The notes under the pieces were generated by a model, which was not told the DNA's origin, ran no database searches, and saw only the letters and a program-made list of their open reading frames with translations. The translations under genes and the position numbers were made by a program. 64,000 bases of DNA from Macrostomum lignano (lineage: Eukaryota), in assembly GCA_002269645.1 (NCBI GenBank), contig NIVC01002536.1, forward strand, positions 31,004 to 95,003, in the 5' to 3' direction. Each line of letters starts with the position of its first letter. Positions within the stretch are counted from its first letter, which is position 1. Of the stretch, positions 36,691 through 64,000 are shown piece by piece.

Positions 36691-36749
36691 AATTCCGGAC
36701 AAGTTAATACAAGTCTGAGAAGCACAAAGCCGTACCAGCCCATCTCAGA

Positions 36750-63713
<26,964 letters not shown>

Positions 63714-64000
63714 GAAAATAAAAACATTATTTGGACACTAAACAATGGAATAGTTTTGATTTTGAAATCAATAAAAATGTTATATAATTTTCAAAAAAAT
63801 TTTGCTTCATATTAAAAGGAAAACTTTGTTTCTTATAGTTTCAATATATTCATTATAATCATTGATTCATGTTTTAGCTAAATATTAAAATATAAAAATA
63901 CTTAAAAATAGAGTTTTGGTCTTTAACAAATTCTTTATATCATTTTATTGAAAAATAACATGCTAATAATTTTTATTGACTATTATTAGCTTTATTTAAG

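Overview
Animal genomic DNA with GC-rich exons, AT-rich spacers and many repeats. The style resembles a free-living flatworm such as Macrostomum, but that is an inference and was not checked. Six spliced protein-coding genes could be assembled by hand from splice sites, phases and remembered family motifs: RABGGTA (-), NOL12 (+), a secreted PAN/apple + fibrinogen-domain protein (-), RPL10 (-), an ATP9-class P4-ATPase flippase (-) and an IVNS1ABP-like BTB-BACK-Kelch gene (-, about 27 kb). Most introns are filled by their own minisatellite array. Mobile DNA comprises a LINE 3' end abutting telomere-like hexamers, two tRNA-headed SINE families, a hAT-type MITE with an 8-bp TSD, a fold-back element, three non-autonomous Helitrons joined exactly head-to-tail, and a 5'-truncated Penelope-like retroelement. 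The Penelope-like element sits in a (GA)n tract, carries a hammerhead ribozyme in the host gene's sense strand, and seems to have an unusual domain order. Most long ORFs in the supplied track are read-throughs of repeats. No database searches were run, so all family assignments rest on recognised motifs.
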